Positions 1-13,767 of a stretch of DNA of 64,000 nt are shown here, in pieces. Origin of the DNA: Trichoplax sp. H2 (taxonomy: Eukaryota); the NCBI GenBank assembly GCA_003344405.1, contig NOWV01000003.1, positions 744,001 to 808,000 on the forward strand, written 5' to 3'. Position 1 is the stretch's first letter; each line of letters starts with the position of its first letter. The position numbers were made by a program, and so were the translations under genes. The notes below the pieces were generated by a model. It did not search any database. It had not been told where the DNA came from and worked only from the letters and a program-made list of their open reading frames with translations.

Positions 1-22
1 ACTGCGATATACTCATACATAA

Positions 23-3000
23 ATGATGGATCTTGAAAGCCGTATAAAGAGGTAGGTTTCGAAAATTTTGCATTTTCTTACCGATCTATGCATATTAAAT
101 ACTACAATTATGTTTAGTGATTACGATACACTATGACGAACTATTTAATTCTATCATGCATATATAATCACGTACATTCTATACAAGTATGATTTAATGC
201 GAATTCACCTATTATTTTAACTAGAAAATATTTTGATTGCATTTTTAATACCGTATGTATCATATACAAATGATTTATTCATCAATAGGAAACCTAAAAT
301 TCAGAAACTTGATGAAGACTCACGAAATCAAATCGCTTCACAATTATGTATAAATACATTTAGCCAATGTATTGAAGAATTAGTTCTGAACAGTATAGAC
401 GCAAAATCGACTCATATTTTGATAGCGGTGGATCCAAATCGCTTAAATGTTGAAGTATGTGATAACGGTGATGGAATAGATTCCGAAAATTTAAGATTCG
501 TTGGTCTACGGCATTATACCAGTAAATATGTAACTAGAGCTAATTTACAAGCACCTCACTCTATCGGCTATCGCGGTGAAGCTGTAGCCAGTATCTGTAG
601 CATAGCTAAAATTGTCGAAGTGCAAACCAGATCGATAACATCACGAAATACTTATACTAAAAAATTCGTAAATGGTCTTTCAATTTCCGATGAGCCAACT
701 GTAGCGGAGAAATCAAGAAACTATATTGGCACAACTGTAACACTGACTGATATATTTTATAGCTTACCAGTACGATATCATAGGACAACTACCATGTGGG
801 ATAGGGAACGTCATATTATTAAACAGAAGTTAGAAGCCCTCGCTATAATTTATCATCAAATTACAATTATACTTAAAAACCAGGTCAATGGCGTTATTTT
901 ACTAAAAAGTCACGAATGCTGTAATCTAGCTGCATCGATTCAATGTTTGTACGGCATAACCATAAAACGAACTCTTCAAAAGATGGATTTCAATAGCGAT
1001 AACTTTCAACTTAGTGGCTACATCGATACTATTCACAGCGACAACAATTATAATAGGTATCCACAATATATCTATCTCAATGGTCGCTTAATGCATAAAA
1101 ATGTTATTTATGATGAATTAAATCATACTCTATTGGTCATTTTTAAATTAATTAATCGACATCGAAAAAAAATGATGACACCCAATCATTCATCAAACTG
1201 CCCACAAATTGCTCGTCTAAGTAGATTATCGGATTGCTACATGTACATCATTCACATAGTATGCCCTATTTCCGAATATGTTGTATTGGAAACGAGTAGT
1301 AATAAAATTCAGTTTATTCGTCAAGATATTGTCCTTTCTGGTATCAAAAAATTATGCTACCAATATTTCACCCAGAATTGGTGGATGACGCCAGAAGAAC
1401 TGCACTACTTTGAGAAAAGGATCTATACTCCGTTAACATCACGGTTGACAAAACGTCCTAAATTAACGAAAGATTCTTGTGAAATAACTGCAATTAATGG
1501 CAACAAACAAAGTAGTTATAAAGGTAACATCACCAGTAATAAGGATACTCCCAATATTTTATTGGAGCATATGAAATCAGATACTGTGCGTCGTCAATGT
1601 CTTTCCCGAGACACAATTACTCCGTGGAATGGTATGTTATGTTATTCAAACTCTATCAAATATGCAGTTGACCATTCCATACATGTGTTTAAATTTAACC
1701 TTAAAAATGTTTGCTAATAGTTTTTAGGAACTTATTCTAAATTTTTATTTCAAATTATTAATTCAAATTTCGTTGTTAATTGCAGCGAAAACTTCTATCA
1801 AAAGCCATTTTCAAAATCTCCAGTATGATTGCTACAAACAAACAAAAAGTTATTCAGAAAAAAAGATTTTGAAGTTGAATCAAATTCCACGAGAAAAGAT
1901 ACTACAAAAGTTTATTAGTACTGATCTGGCGGGAAAAGCTGATATAATATGTGCTCAAAACGATGAAAATTCGTTATATCAATACAAAGATTCATTGAAT
2001 AAGAAATTCATCATATCTCCCTCATCAAATAAAAATATTTCTCACCTAATTTTATCTCAAAATGCTAGAGCAAAGTGTTTGAAAACATTACGCTTCAAAC
2101 GTAAGATTATAAGCCCAACGAAAAATGTAAATGCGATTCCACAAGCTAGACCTCTCACGAAAAATCTTATGAAAACGAATGGAATTGCTAACAGTAATGT
2201 TCGATCAAGTTATAAAATTAAAAGATCACACATACTTTACCAATCTCAAATGGCAAATTACAATCTATCACAGCAGGTAAAAAATCTTTAGCAATACCTT
2301 GAATTAAACGGTATAGCAAGCTATATTTTGTGAGAACTATAATCAATTTGCTTATGAGTTTTTAGGTGTCATAAAAAAGCATTTCTGACTCTTAAGTTTA
2401 TTCTTAAATATCACTTCTATTAAAGAATTCAGGTTCAGCAACGAGCAGATTATCTGCTTTCAAAGAATTTACCAGTGCGACAATAGCTTTAAAACTAACA
2501 TCATCTACATTGGATAACTGCCAAGTAAATAAGTTAATAACTATTTATCGAATGCTATTGAGAATATGCATACGTACTATAATTTTAATTAGTAATTAGT
2601 ACAATTTAATTTTTTTTGTAGGTTATTGGTCAGGTGGACAATAAATTCATTGCATGTGTGATAAAAGGTTAGGAAATGAGAACATCTGCACCGAATTAAT
2701 TCATTTTGCTTTATTGAACTGAAGATAATGTAATTTGAGCGATAGCATCTACATATATTGCTAATTAGCTATGATCTAGCAGCATACTGCTGCATTGTAC
2801 TTTTTATTAGGCTATATTAACTATATAGCACCGTACTTTCGTCATTTAGCAGGTGATAATAAGGAAAAGTATCTTGTGCTAATCGATCAGCATGCCGCTG
2901 ATGAAAGGATCAGGCTTGAAAAATTGCTGACAGGTTTAGTATCAGCCAGTAATGCAGGCATAGATTAAGAAATAGTTTGTAACGCAAAACACATATATGA

Positions 3001-4248
3001 ATATCAGTAATAATACAACGTAATGTCTTTAGTTTTACGTTAAAAAGCAGTTATGATTCTTCATTAACGACTAATAGATTATTGTCAAAAGCCGGAGGAA
3101 GGTCTACTATCTGTAAATGTGAGGCCACCTATAGCACATATCACTAGCCATAATATATTCAGCGCAATCCATAATTCTAGAGATTCATTAAGACGATTAG
3201 GAATTCAATTTTTAAGCAAGTTTGATGGTAAAACCACAGAGATACTATCAGTACCGAAATTGTTAATACCTAGCGGAGTTCTCGATAAACAGAAGTTAAA
3301 AGTTAGTGATATCAAGACAATTGATTCGAAAGCTGTCGACATCGGATTATTAAAGGTTGGAAAAATTAACGATATGCCACTATATTTTAAAGGTTTTAAA
3401 TAAATATTTAAATCCTGTATTGCTTAAATATAGCTTAACATTTTGATAGTCATCTCTTCGATAATAACCTTACTGTGGTCTACATTACTTTGATTTAATG
3501 CAACAAACAAAAAACTACGAAATTATACGGCGATATCTTCAATTCTAAGGAAATCTTAACGGAACATGTCCAGGTGCAAGCAATTCTCTTAAAATTGTTA
3601 ATTTAATATTGATCTCATATTACTTGCTATTTTAAAAAGTGTGGCAGAATTATCTCGGCATTCAATCTGTCATCAAATGGTGTCATTAAAAGAATTCTTT
3701 GCTCCAAAGCCTGCCATGGTTCGCTATGTAGATACAATAAACAATATACAATATATAGATCTATAGTGATTGTTAGTGTTCACCACTTTCACTAACTTAA
3801 TTACATGGTATATGATATATTTTATCACATTTGGCTGATACGTAAAGGTGCCATTCGTTTTGGTGATGAACTATCATCAGAAACTATTACCAACATGATT
3901 CGTCAGTTATCCAAGTGCAAGTTACCTTTCCAATGTGCCCATGGCAGGTAAATCCAAGCTAGCACAGTAATTGGGACAGACTATTTGTTTGTATATGTTG
4001 ATTTAAAAATAGTTCATAAGAAATACTGTAGCAAAGCTATAAATTTGCTTTAAGGATAAAATTGCTCATAGTAATAGTTACGATCTAGTAACTATCTTAG
4101 TAGCTCGTAAATCAGTAATAGCCTTTAATAAAATATTGAATACCTGATAGTTCTCATTGATCGCGATACTAATACTTATGTTGATTTTACTAGGCCTTCT
4201 TTGGTACCATTACTAAGATTATCATGTCATTGTGATACAGAACCATAG
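23..4248 (+). CDS. MLH3: DNA mismatch repair / meiotic crossover protein MLH3, multi-exon
   Basis: Exon 1 ATG at 23 (MMDLESRIK) splices in phase at GT 52 to the exon at 289. GHKL ATPase motifs EELVLNSIDA, DNGDGI, GYRGEA. C-terminal exons give VIGQVDNKFIAC, the endonuclease motif DQHAADERIRLE, SKACHGAIRFGD and FQCAHGRP. Stop TAG 4246-4248. Confidence 0.93.
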
Positions 4249-5037
4249 TTTCCAGCTATTAAGATCACTAAGGAACAACCTTAAAAATTGCATTATTGCT
4301 GATACAGAACTCAAAATGTAGAGATATTTTAGGTATATAGTAGTAATGAATAAAAATGAAATACATATAATAGAAGCTCGGTCGCTAATATTTTAACATT
4401 ATAGTGATACTTTTAGTCCCTGTCAGTTATAAGCTGCGATAGTTGCAAGTTTTCTTGAATTGAGAGATTATAGACTGACTATTCATGATGTACGATGATG
4501 TTATTACTTTTAAGCTCGCTTTATACGATCAAGGATAAAATTTTTATATTAGCAGTAAATACAAAAATTTCACAGTATTCATCAACGAATCCAAGATTAT
4601 AGTATAACAACCTCCAATATGGATCGTTGTACATACGCACTAGCGAAACTAACCACTACAATTTAAAGCCAAACAATTGCTATAAAATCAGGATATCCGG
4701 AAACAAGTTAACATTAAATGACATGTTCTAGTTGTAGATTGATGATTTCTAAATCAGAATCTACAGTTTGAGGTATATTAAACCAAAAATATTACCCCAG
4801 ACACTACAAAGAGCAATAGTTGAAACAAAATTGCACATATTTCATTTTTAACAAAAAATGACATCAAATGATAACAACAGGGTAGATTCTATTAAGGCTC
4901 TGATTGAATAGTTTTACGTATAATACCAAACTGGAATGACATTAGAGTGACATGTTTACACCGATACATAGTCTTATGGGTAAACAAATATTTAAAAATG
5001 CTACTGTGGGTATCATTTAAACAGTAGATGAGTAAGT

Positions 5038-8000
5038 TTAAGCCATATCCACGGTCACTGGTTTTATGTCCCATATGTCCTTAGCATATTCATTAATTGT
5101 CCGATCACTAGAAAATTTTCCGCAATTAGCAATATTTAGCAGGCACATCCTAGTCCAGGCTATTCGGTCCTGATCGAGCGAAATTTGTTCATTTGTTAAT
5201 ATGAGTTATTAGATAAAAATACTCTTATCAAATTTCTTAATTACCAACCTTATAAGCTTCACTAACTCTCTCTTGACATTTCACATATGATTCATAATCA
5301 GCCAGTAAGCAAAACCTATTTTAAGAATTGTTTGTGAAACATTCAGAAAGGATTTACATAAATATACCATAAGCAGTAATATTATTATTAATAGGAGGCA
5401 CACCTATCATGGTAAAGCAGTATATCAACAAGATCATGAAAGAGGTCTGGTTGTGTAGGAGAATAGACGCCGTCCTTGATTTGATCAATTGCCATTTTTA
5501 GTTCTTCATTAGCTTCGTAAAATTTTCTTGCATCATAGCTATTGAAATACAGAAAAACTGTTAATTACTCTATACCTATTTCTCATTGGGTCATATAATT
5601 GATACTTTAACATTACTCTATAAATATCATTTTAAATAGACATGCATACTAGTATAGCATACCCTTTACGCTTCAGACTTTCTACTTCTTTCACTGTCAT
5701 TCCAAATATGAACATATTGTCTTCACCCATTTCTTCCAACATTTCGACATTAGCCCCGTCCAAAGTACCAATCGTTAAAGCTCCATTAGCCTAAAGAGTC
5801 AAAAAATTAACTAATTATAGCGATATTTTCAACAGCTACAGCCTCAATAACATTTAAAACTACCATAAATTTCATATTTCCAGTTCCGGAAGCTTCAGTA
5901 CCAGCTGTTGATATCTATCAGAAATAAGCATAATACATTAACATACGAAAATCGTATAGTTTATCGGTTCTTCTAAATATCATACTAAAATAGGATATAA
6001 TACATACCTGTTCGGAAAGATCAGCAGCGGGAAATACTGTTATCGTAAAACATAAGATCGCAAGGAGCATTAACATTTTCTGGAAATAATAGTTATCATG
6101 ACGTGAATTACCTTTTTCCGCCACTGACACTTTATAGTTCTCGAGGAAGACAATTTTCAAGCGATCACCGACAATGGGGTCATTATTTATTACTGATAGT
6201 AACATACAACACACCGTTAACATCGATATATATAAAATTTCATAGATTATAGATTTTAAATTATTACTAGAACACTTACTTTTCGCAATGCTATTTATTA
6301 AAAAGATTATTTTCTTTGCAACATAATATCCAGGTGCAGCCTTTGTGATCAAAATGAATATATGATATGTATAATTAGTAACTTCCTTAGTTTTACACTA
6401 AATTAAGTTACTTGATAATTCTTTACCATCTAAGCTTAAAGATTGACATACCTTACCGCCTATCATAATGCTTCGTGGAACAAACGAAGCATTAGGATCT
6501 TTCTTAATACCTTTAGTAATCAAATTAGATGCAGTTAGTTCTATTCGTAAAGATAAACGAGAGGCAAATTCGTTTTTAAAAATTCCAAGAAAAATCTCAC
6601 TGACGATTGTACAATGTAATCATATGGAGTGCATTCAACAGCTGGCGCTTGTATTCATGCAGACGTTTTACTTGGATATCGAATATCGAAGCAAGATTTA
6701 ATTTAACCCCAAATGTGTCTTCAATGTATTTAGCAAAGCGCCTTTTGTTATCCTAAAAATAGTATTTTTTCAATTAAGTAACATAATATAGTACTAAAAT
6801 ACCTAATATTACATTTAAAACTTAATTTTCCTACTGCGTCAGTTAATATTGAAACAGCGTTTAATCCGTTTATAATAATAAAGCTTATTGTCATACCTGT
6901 TTTACTTGGTAAAGGGATTGCAAAAATGTTTTATCATTCTTGAATTCTTGAAGTTTCTTTAGCTCATATAGATTTATCTTCCAATCATCATTGATTTTCT
7001 AAGGGAGAATGAGATCAGGAGTGTGAGTAAATTTACAATGACCTCACGCAAAAACAAATAATGTGGATACCTCCGATATAAGATCTGACAAGCCTGGATT
7101 ACATAAAACGATCCAACGTCGAGGGGTAATGCCATTTGTCTTGTTCTGAAACTTTTCTGGTGACAGCTCATAAAAATCCTTAAATCTAATATGGTAAATG
7201 TTTTATAAAGGTTAATTAAGGACATGAAGTAGTATATGATTCAAAAGTAACATAAATGACGATAAATTAATTAAAATACAATGCTGTACATATGCCTAAT
7301 GACTACGAACATATCGTAGGTGTCCCTAAGACTTCTGTATTTAAGATAAAATTTCTTGCTATACAGTAATAACAAATCTACCGCCATACAACACTATCTT
7401 AACGGTTTCATCATAGAGAATAGCATATAACGTATTCATCACAAATTAATTATGAATTAAGTCATCGCATTGTTAGCATTATGTTTACAGCTTACACCAA
7501 GGATTTTAGTAATGATGAATGAAGTTCTGCAACCCCATTAATACTGTGTGAAGCGATGATAGCTAAAAACGCCATGTTGATTCGTTTTTCTCCTTCTTCC
7601 TCCACAAGAGACATTCTTTTAATTAGATCAAAGTCTCCGGGATACAATTTCGATATATTCTACATGAAATGAGTTAAAGAGTTACTTGGAACGCGTACAC
7701 GTGTATATTATCTGTAATCGATGCGAAATATAAGGATATACGTAAAGTTATATAGATTAAGTAGAAATGTACAGCATACTTCTAAATGATGGTGATTAAT
7801 TTTGTAAATAATCTGCAGATGACGTGGTAGGACATGTTCCAGCATCGATACAGGCCAACGTTCTAGTGCTTCAGGCAGTAGCGTATGATTGGTATAAGCA
7901 AAGGTACTATTGCATATATTCCAGGCCTGTAAAGTTTGTTGTGGAATAATAGTAAAGATCATACCTTTCAAATTTCAGTGGTATTGGTATTATCCTAATC

Positions 8001-11000
8001 CAAAGAGTTAAATTACCTTCTCCCAGGATAATTGTTCAATATCGACTAGAATCCTCATTAATTCCGGAATTGCAAGAGCTGGATGAGTATCATTAAGTTG
8101 TATTGCAGCCTGTAAAATATGATCATACACTTAGTTACATCAAAAATAAATTACGTTAGATATTTATATATATGCTAAATTGCCTTATTGGGGAATTCAT
8201 CGAAGGCGATATCCTTTGCATGTATCGACCCGTAAGTAGACACTTTATATCTACGAACGATATCATGAAGGGTAGCAGCAACCAAAAAATATTCTTGTTT
8301 CAAGCGTAGCTCTTTGCCAATAAAAAACTTTCAAGAAAAGAAAGTTAAAAAGTAATACGCAGGGTGTATCACAACGATGTACAATTTTAACTTACGTTGT
8401 CATTGGGATATAGTACGCGGCTGATATTTTCGGCTAGATTACGATCACAGACAGCCTGTACGTAGTCTCCAGCATTAACTGTAATCAAGAAAAGAGTTAT
8501 ACGCTTTAATAGTATAATTTAAAGTTAAAAATTCATCATTACATACAGTGTGATAAATCGAAGTCTTTTGAAGATTTGCAAGACCATAGTCTAAGCGTGT
8601 TCACGGTATTATTATCGTATCCTGGGATTGGTGTATCATAAGGCATAGCCATAACTTGAGTCGTATCAACCCACTTGCAAACACCATCATGTTCTTCTAC
8701 GCGTCCATAATAGTTTACTGGAATAATATATTCAGGCCTTGGCTTTTCCCATGGATTACCATAGCGCAACCAATCATCAGGCTCCTCAATCTAGATTTAA
8801 TCGTCAGAAAATTTTTCAAGCTTAATTAGACAAGGGGAAAAGTAAGGATTGAAATAAGCTCATACTATAGGCAGCGCTAAATTTACACTGAATTAACCTG
8901 ATTTCCATTGACAATTTTTTGAGTAAAGATGCCATATTCGTAGCGAATCCCATAACCATAAGCAGGATATGATAAAGTAGCAAGTGAATCCAGGAAGCAA
9001 GCTGTATAGAAGGTTATGTAGAGGTTTTAACTGTGATTAGTAAAGAATTTAACACTTTACAGTTGCTTCCTCTAGTGGAATAAGATATAAGCTAACTATT
9101 TCGCAGATTATACTACATTAGATGTTAAAGTTAGTAAATTCAAGATATTATATCCTATTACAATACAGTATGATCAAAATAAGATGCTAATACAAGTATT
9201 CACTGCTTACCAGCCAAGCGTCCAAGTCCCCCGTTACCTAAGCCGGCGTCTTCTTCCTTTTCTTCTAACTCCTCCATTTCTAGACCGAGCTAAAATATTG
9301 TAAGCATCAACTTTAGATACAATTATATAATTATCAACCCTTATCAGATATATGCATAAATAGTAATGAAATTTTAACTTAAGTACGTCAGTTACTTACA
9401 TTTAACTACAGACTATTATCTTATCACTATTTAAATCTACAGATCATTATATAATTATAAATAATTACTTTTTATTGGTTTTACAAGTACACACTACTTT
9501 TTACAAAATAAAAATTAAAATTTAATATTATAAATCACAAAAATGAGCCTGTTGCAGAGCTATCATGATGTTAAAATGTTATTGCATATTAGAAAAGATG
9601 AAAGAAATGATATACAGTTACTACTACGTTCTGTAATAAACAGATAACACTAGTCATCGGAAAGAAATTAACTGACTTTCAACTACATTTCTCTCTACTC
9701 AATTATAATTAATTATCAATGAAAGATTGAAAGTCTTCATTACTGGAAATATCATTGCATATCATAAAGCTGACTGCTGTAGCTAAACTACATGATTAAA
9801 CTAGTATATGCTAATCTTATCCTTAATAAAGATCTAAATCTTTATATTTTATTTGATTCTTGTCACGGTTTTAGAACTCTATAGACTAGGTATAAAATAA
9901 GATGAAATAAAGTATCGATCTCAATGTACTTACTATAGTGTAATATACTACATATGACACCAACCTCGTACATAGCTTCGTCACATTCCGCGTAAATTCT
10001 TGCGTTGATCATTGTATTAGTCAAGGCTCGCCCCATGTAATATTCCATGGATAAATAATAAACCCTCTGTTATGAGATAATATCATGAGCTATTGTAATA
10101 TAATAATATTAATTTTAATCAAAAATTTATCACACCGGGACTTTAATTCAGTGATAGAAAAGAACCTTTCGAAACTAACCAGTATATACTGTATATATAT
10201 ATATATATATATCAATTAGCATATGCAAATATCAGCTGACATTTCTACAGTATACAGTATCATTCATTTATGATATTGGTCATTTGTACATACAGTTCCT
10301 AATAGGGCCAACTATCTAAAGAGCTGCATATACTGGACAGCTGGGAAATTTTGTCAGATATGCAATGGTAGTATGGTAGTGTAATTTATTGCCTTACTGT
10401 ATAGTAATAATACACGGTTTGGCTGTGCACACCATACAGTAGGCACTATACTCTTCGAAATGTAAGTACAAATTCTGTCGCTATTATCTAATACGTACAA
10501 CATGAGTTTATATGTGCACGTCTAATGTGCCTACTATTAAGTTGCATTCTTAATCGTGACGCACGAAAATGGCTTAATTACTACTACTGTATTACCGTAC
10601 TACAATAAATAAACAGCACGTATTAATTTAAAAATATAAACGATTGTTCAATCCAATTCAATATACTACATAGCTATTACTTGCAAATATACGACAAATA
10701 ACTAAAGAATGCTGAACCGGTGTAATTGAGAAGGTAGCATAGATTTTGCGACTACTTTAGTATTGAAGATCATGATGGGTAGAAAATCTTATTTAAAGCA
10801 CTTCAAACTACTACAAACGATGTCATGCTATAAACGCAATTCGATATCGCGTCAATTTTTCATAGAAGTAATAATGGTAGCAAATTATTACTAATCCAGT
10901 GCTGTAAATGAGTCATTTAGCATTAAGCTACAATTTTAAAATACGATCAATAATTAATATATTTCCGTGGGGTAGTGTGTAATAAACTATTGCAATTGCT

Positions 11001-11470
11001 GATTTATGCATAGTTCAAAAGGATTTTCCTTCTTTGCTAAATTAACTATTTCGTATGCCGTCCATTAGGAGAAACTGAGGTAAGCTTGCTAACACAATGT
11101 TGGCAGCATTGGCGTCATTATCAAATATCAATTGAAATGGTTATTGGTAAGGTAAAATAGGCAATTTTACGTCTCGATTTCAATTACTGTGTACCTTGCA
11201 ATCTTTTTTATAATAAGTTTGCTGTGAACGAATCCAACGACTAGCGATATATTCTCGGACGGTATGGGCTAGTGCAAAATAGAAGTCGCGACCAGTAGCA
11301 TTATTACGATCTTTCAATTCAGTATAATGTAAATGACGGTTGAAAGATTTCTTGATTTCTTGAACATTCTCGAATTGTGGTATTTCTCGTACTGAGATTT
11401 GTTTACGCCTGTCAACAGAAAAAGGATTACTAGCTATTTTGGCATTCGATGACTTGTCTGCTTGCGCCAT
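5038..11470 (-). CDS. PYG: Glycogen phosphorylase, multi-exon
   Basis: N-terminal [63 protein letters not shown]-binding motif [31 protein letters not shown] at 11470, TAA at 5038-5040. Confidence 0.97.
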
Positions 11471-11562
11471 AACTTGAAATACTAGGTGTAGTAAATTCAC
11501 TGAACTGACCGGGCCAAAGATTTGCTGAAAGTCTAAATATTGAACTATTATTGTGATTTAGA

Positions 11563-12000
11563 GTACAGTATTTTATTTTTTTTTTGAATACTGTACACTG
11601 TACTGCAAGAACTCGGACTTCCAGTACAGTACAGTATCATGCTCAGTACAGTACAGTACAGTACTAGAATTTTATGTAATCTGCACAGTTCATCAAGGTC
11701 TTGAAAGATACGCCTCCGTACGTGACTTTAAATTAGACCTCGAATTCATATACTGTACACTGTACGTACGTGACTTTACAGTAAATTAGACCTCGAATTC
11801 ATATACTGTACACTATACAGTACCGTACCGTGCAATCGTGGATAGATAGATTGGTCGTGGACGTCAGTTAACTTTAATGTTGATTTATTGTATTGTACTG
11901 GACACTGAGTGTACAGTACATTTTACTTACAGTATTGGAAAACGTTTAGTACTGTACTCTACTAATTTCACTGCCTTTATACTGTACAATGTACTGTAGC
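11563..12000. repeat. Mixed-orientation TACAGTA/TACTGTA array upstream of glycogen phosphorylase
   Basis: e.g. cagtacagtacagtacagtac (~11644-11663) and tactgtacactgtac; includes a ~45/50 bp tandem duplication at 11717-11814. Confidence 0.85.
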
Positions 12001-12767
12001 AAAATTCCAACTCCTCCCTCTTTCAGCTGGAGTTCTGAAAAATTGTCTACTGCTGCCATTAATTTATATTACGATGATTAGAATTAGAATTAGAATAATT
12101 AGAATCCCTCTTTTTGAAGTCACTTGTACCGCACTGTGGTGAAGTGCTCACAAATACTCTAGAGATTCGCCAATTCATCGAGAATACGAGCATACGAGTA
12201 CAGTATATCCAAAAAAACAAAAACAATGAGATCATAGTTAGTCAATTGCAACATTTCATTTTGCTGAGCAAAGACCAGCTAAACTTTGAAGTTGCACTTT
12301 CCAACCACGCGCTGGCCACGCAGATCTCAGCTTTGGTGCATGCACTATAGATTACCGGACAATACTACTGTACATTAAGGATAATAATACTGTAATACTC
12401 ATGAACAACATATGTTGACGAAGTTGGATTGGGTCACACGCTTGTAAATTATTAAAACGATTGTATCTAAAACAATTTTACTGAAATTTAGAATAATTAT
12501 ACTAATGTCAATTCACTTCGCAATGACCACTCCTACAGTAGTAAAATTTTCCAACATTGCAGTCAGCAGAACATGTGATTAAACTTTTACTGAAGCATCA
12601 AGCAAGCATGCGCTACTTTCAGTAGTTCACGAGACATAAACGTCGACGTCGTACAGAACTAGTGCAGTAATCGCCTCCTAATAACTCCTAGCTTTTACTC
12701 TCGACGAACAGCTGTATAGTGTACAGTACAGTATGTTGTATTCGGTGTCACAGGTACTCCATTAATC

Positions 12768-12807
12768 CGTGGGCTACTAAAAAACGGCATTTTTTTAGTA
12801 GTCCGTG
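12768..12807. mobile_element. 40-bp palindromic P-element-like remnant with near-perfect 7-bp target duplication
   Basis: cgtgggctactaaaaaa-cggca-tttttttagtagtccgtg, flanked by attaatc (12761-12767) and atcaatc (12808-12814). Confidence 0.65.
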
Positions 12808-13767
12808 ATCAATCGAAACACTTTTACTATTAATTAGATAGCTGCAGTATTCCTACTATGTCTTACAGTAATGTACAGTACACTTGGACAGCTTACCATC
12901 AGGCTATGATCATAATCACTATAAAGCCAATTAAAAGATTATGACCATAACCAAATTACTTACATATATGATACTTCAGCCTAGATTATAATTATATAAT
13001 TACATTAAAATATAATGCTATAAACTTTATTTATTTACTGGGAAATATAAAAGTAAACGAAGGTATCGTTATTAATTAATCTAGGCTAACCTTACCTGTG
13101 AACGTAAACTAGATACAGTAATCAATTCTCTGATTACAAAAATAACGTCAAATAAATCTCAAATCATTTCTAACTTACAACATTATTAATGCTACTCGGA
13201 TGCATAGGTGGATAATAAATTTAATATACCCCACAATGCGGATAAACTACTTACACATTCATGTGCATAAAAATTTAAAATTAGGAGCTCAATATAGGAA
13301 TTCTTGGCTCTACTTTAAGCATGCCTAAAGCGATGGACAGTAACTTACAAGTTGAAGTAATTAACTAATCAAGTATGCAAGCTGACGATAAGCTTACACA
13401 ATTAAATTGTTAATTGTTTCGAAAAGTAGTAATTATAGAGATTAACCTTTGTGTATTACTATTGCTTAAACAGAGGTTATAGTTTCTTGGTTATAATCAC
13501 CTCAATAGGTCCACTAACTAAATGATTAAATGTAAGTAGCATACAATGACTGTAAAGAGATTTACTTTATTGCAACTCCACATACGTAATTATTCTTGCT
13601 CTTATTTTACTTTGAAATACTTGCAAAATAGGAAAAAAATATTATACAACAGCCTGACGCGAATAATTCACCATTTTTTGCTATAAATTAAAAACAACAG
13701 TTGGTATCATTTCTAATATATCAATAATATATTATCATACACAATGCTGCATTTAATAAAACGACAT

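Noticed and set aside
1718..1772. Apparent MLH3 split or pseudogenisation between ORFs 233-1717 and 1773-2291
   Set aside because: Explained by a phase-1 GT-AG intron (~1632-1786).
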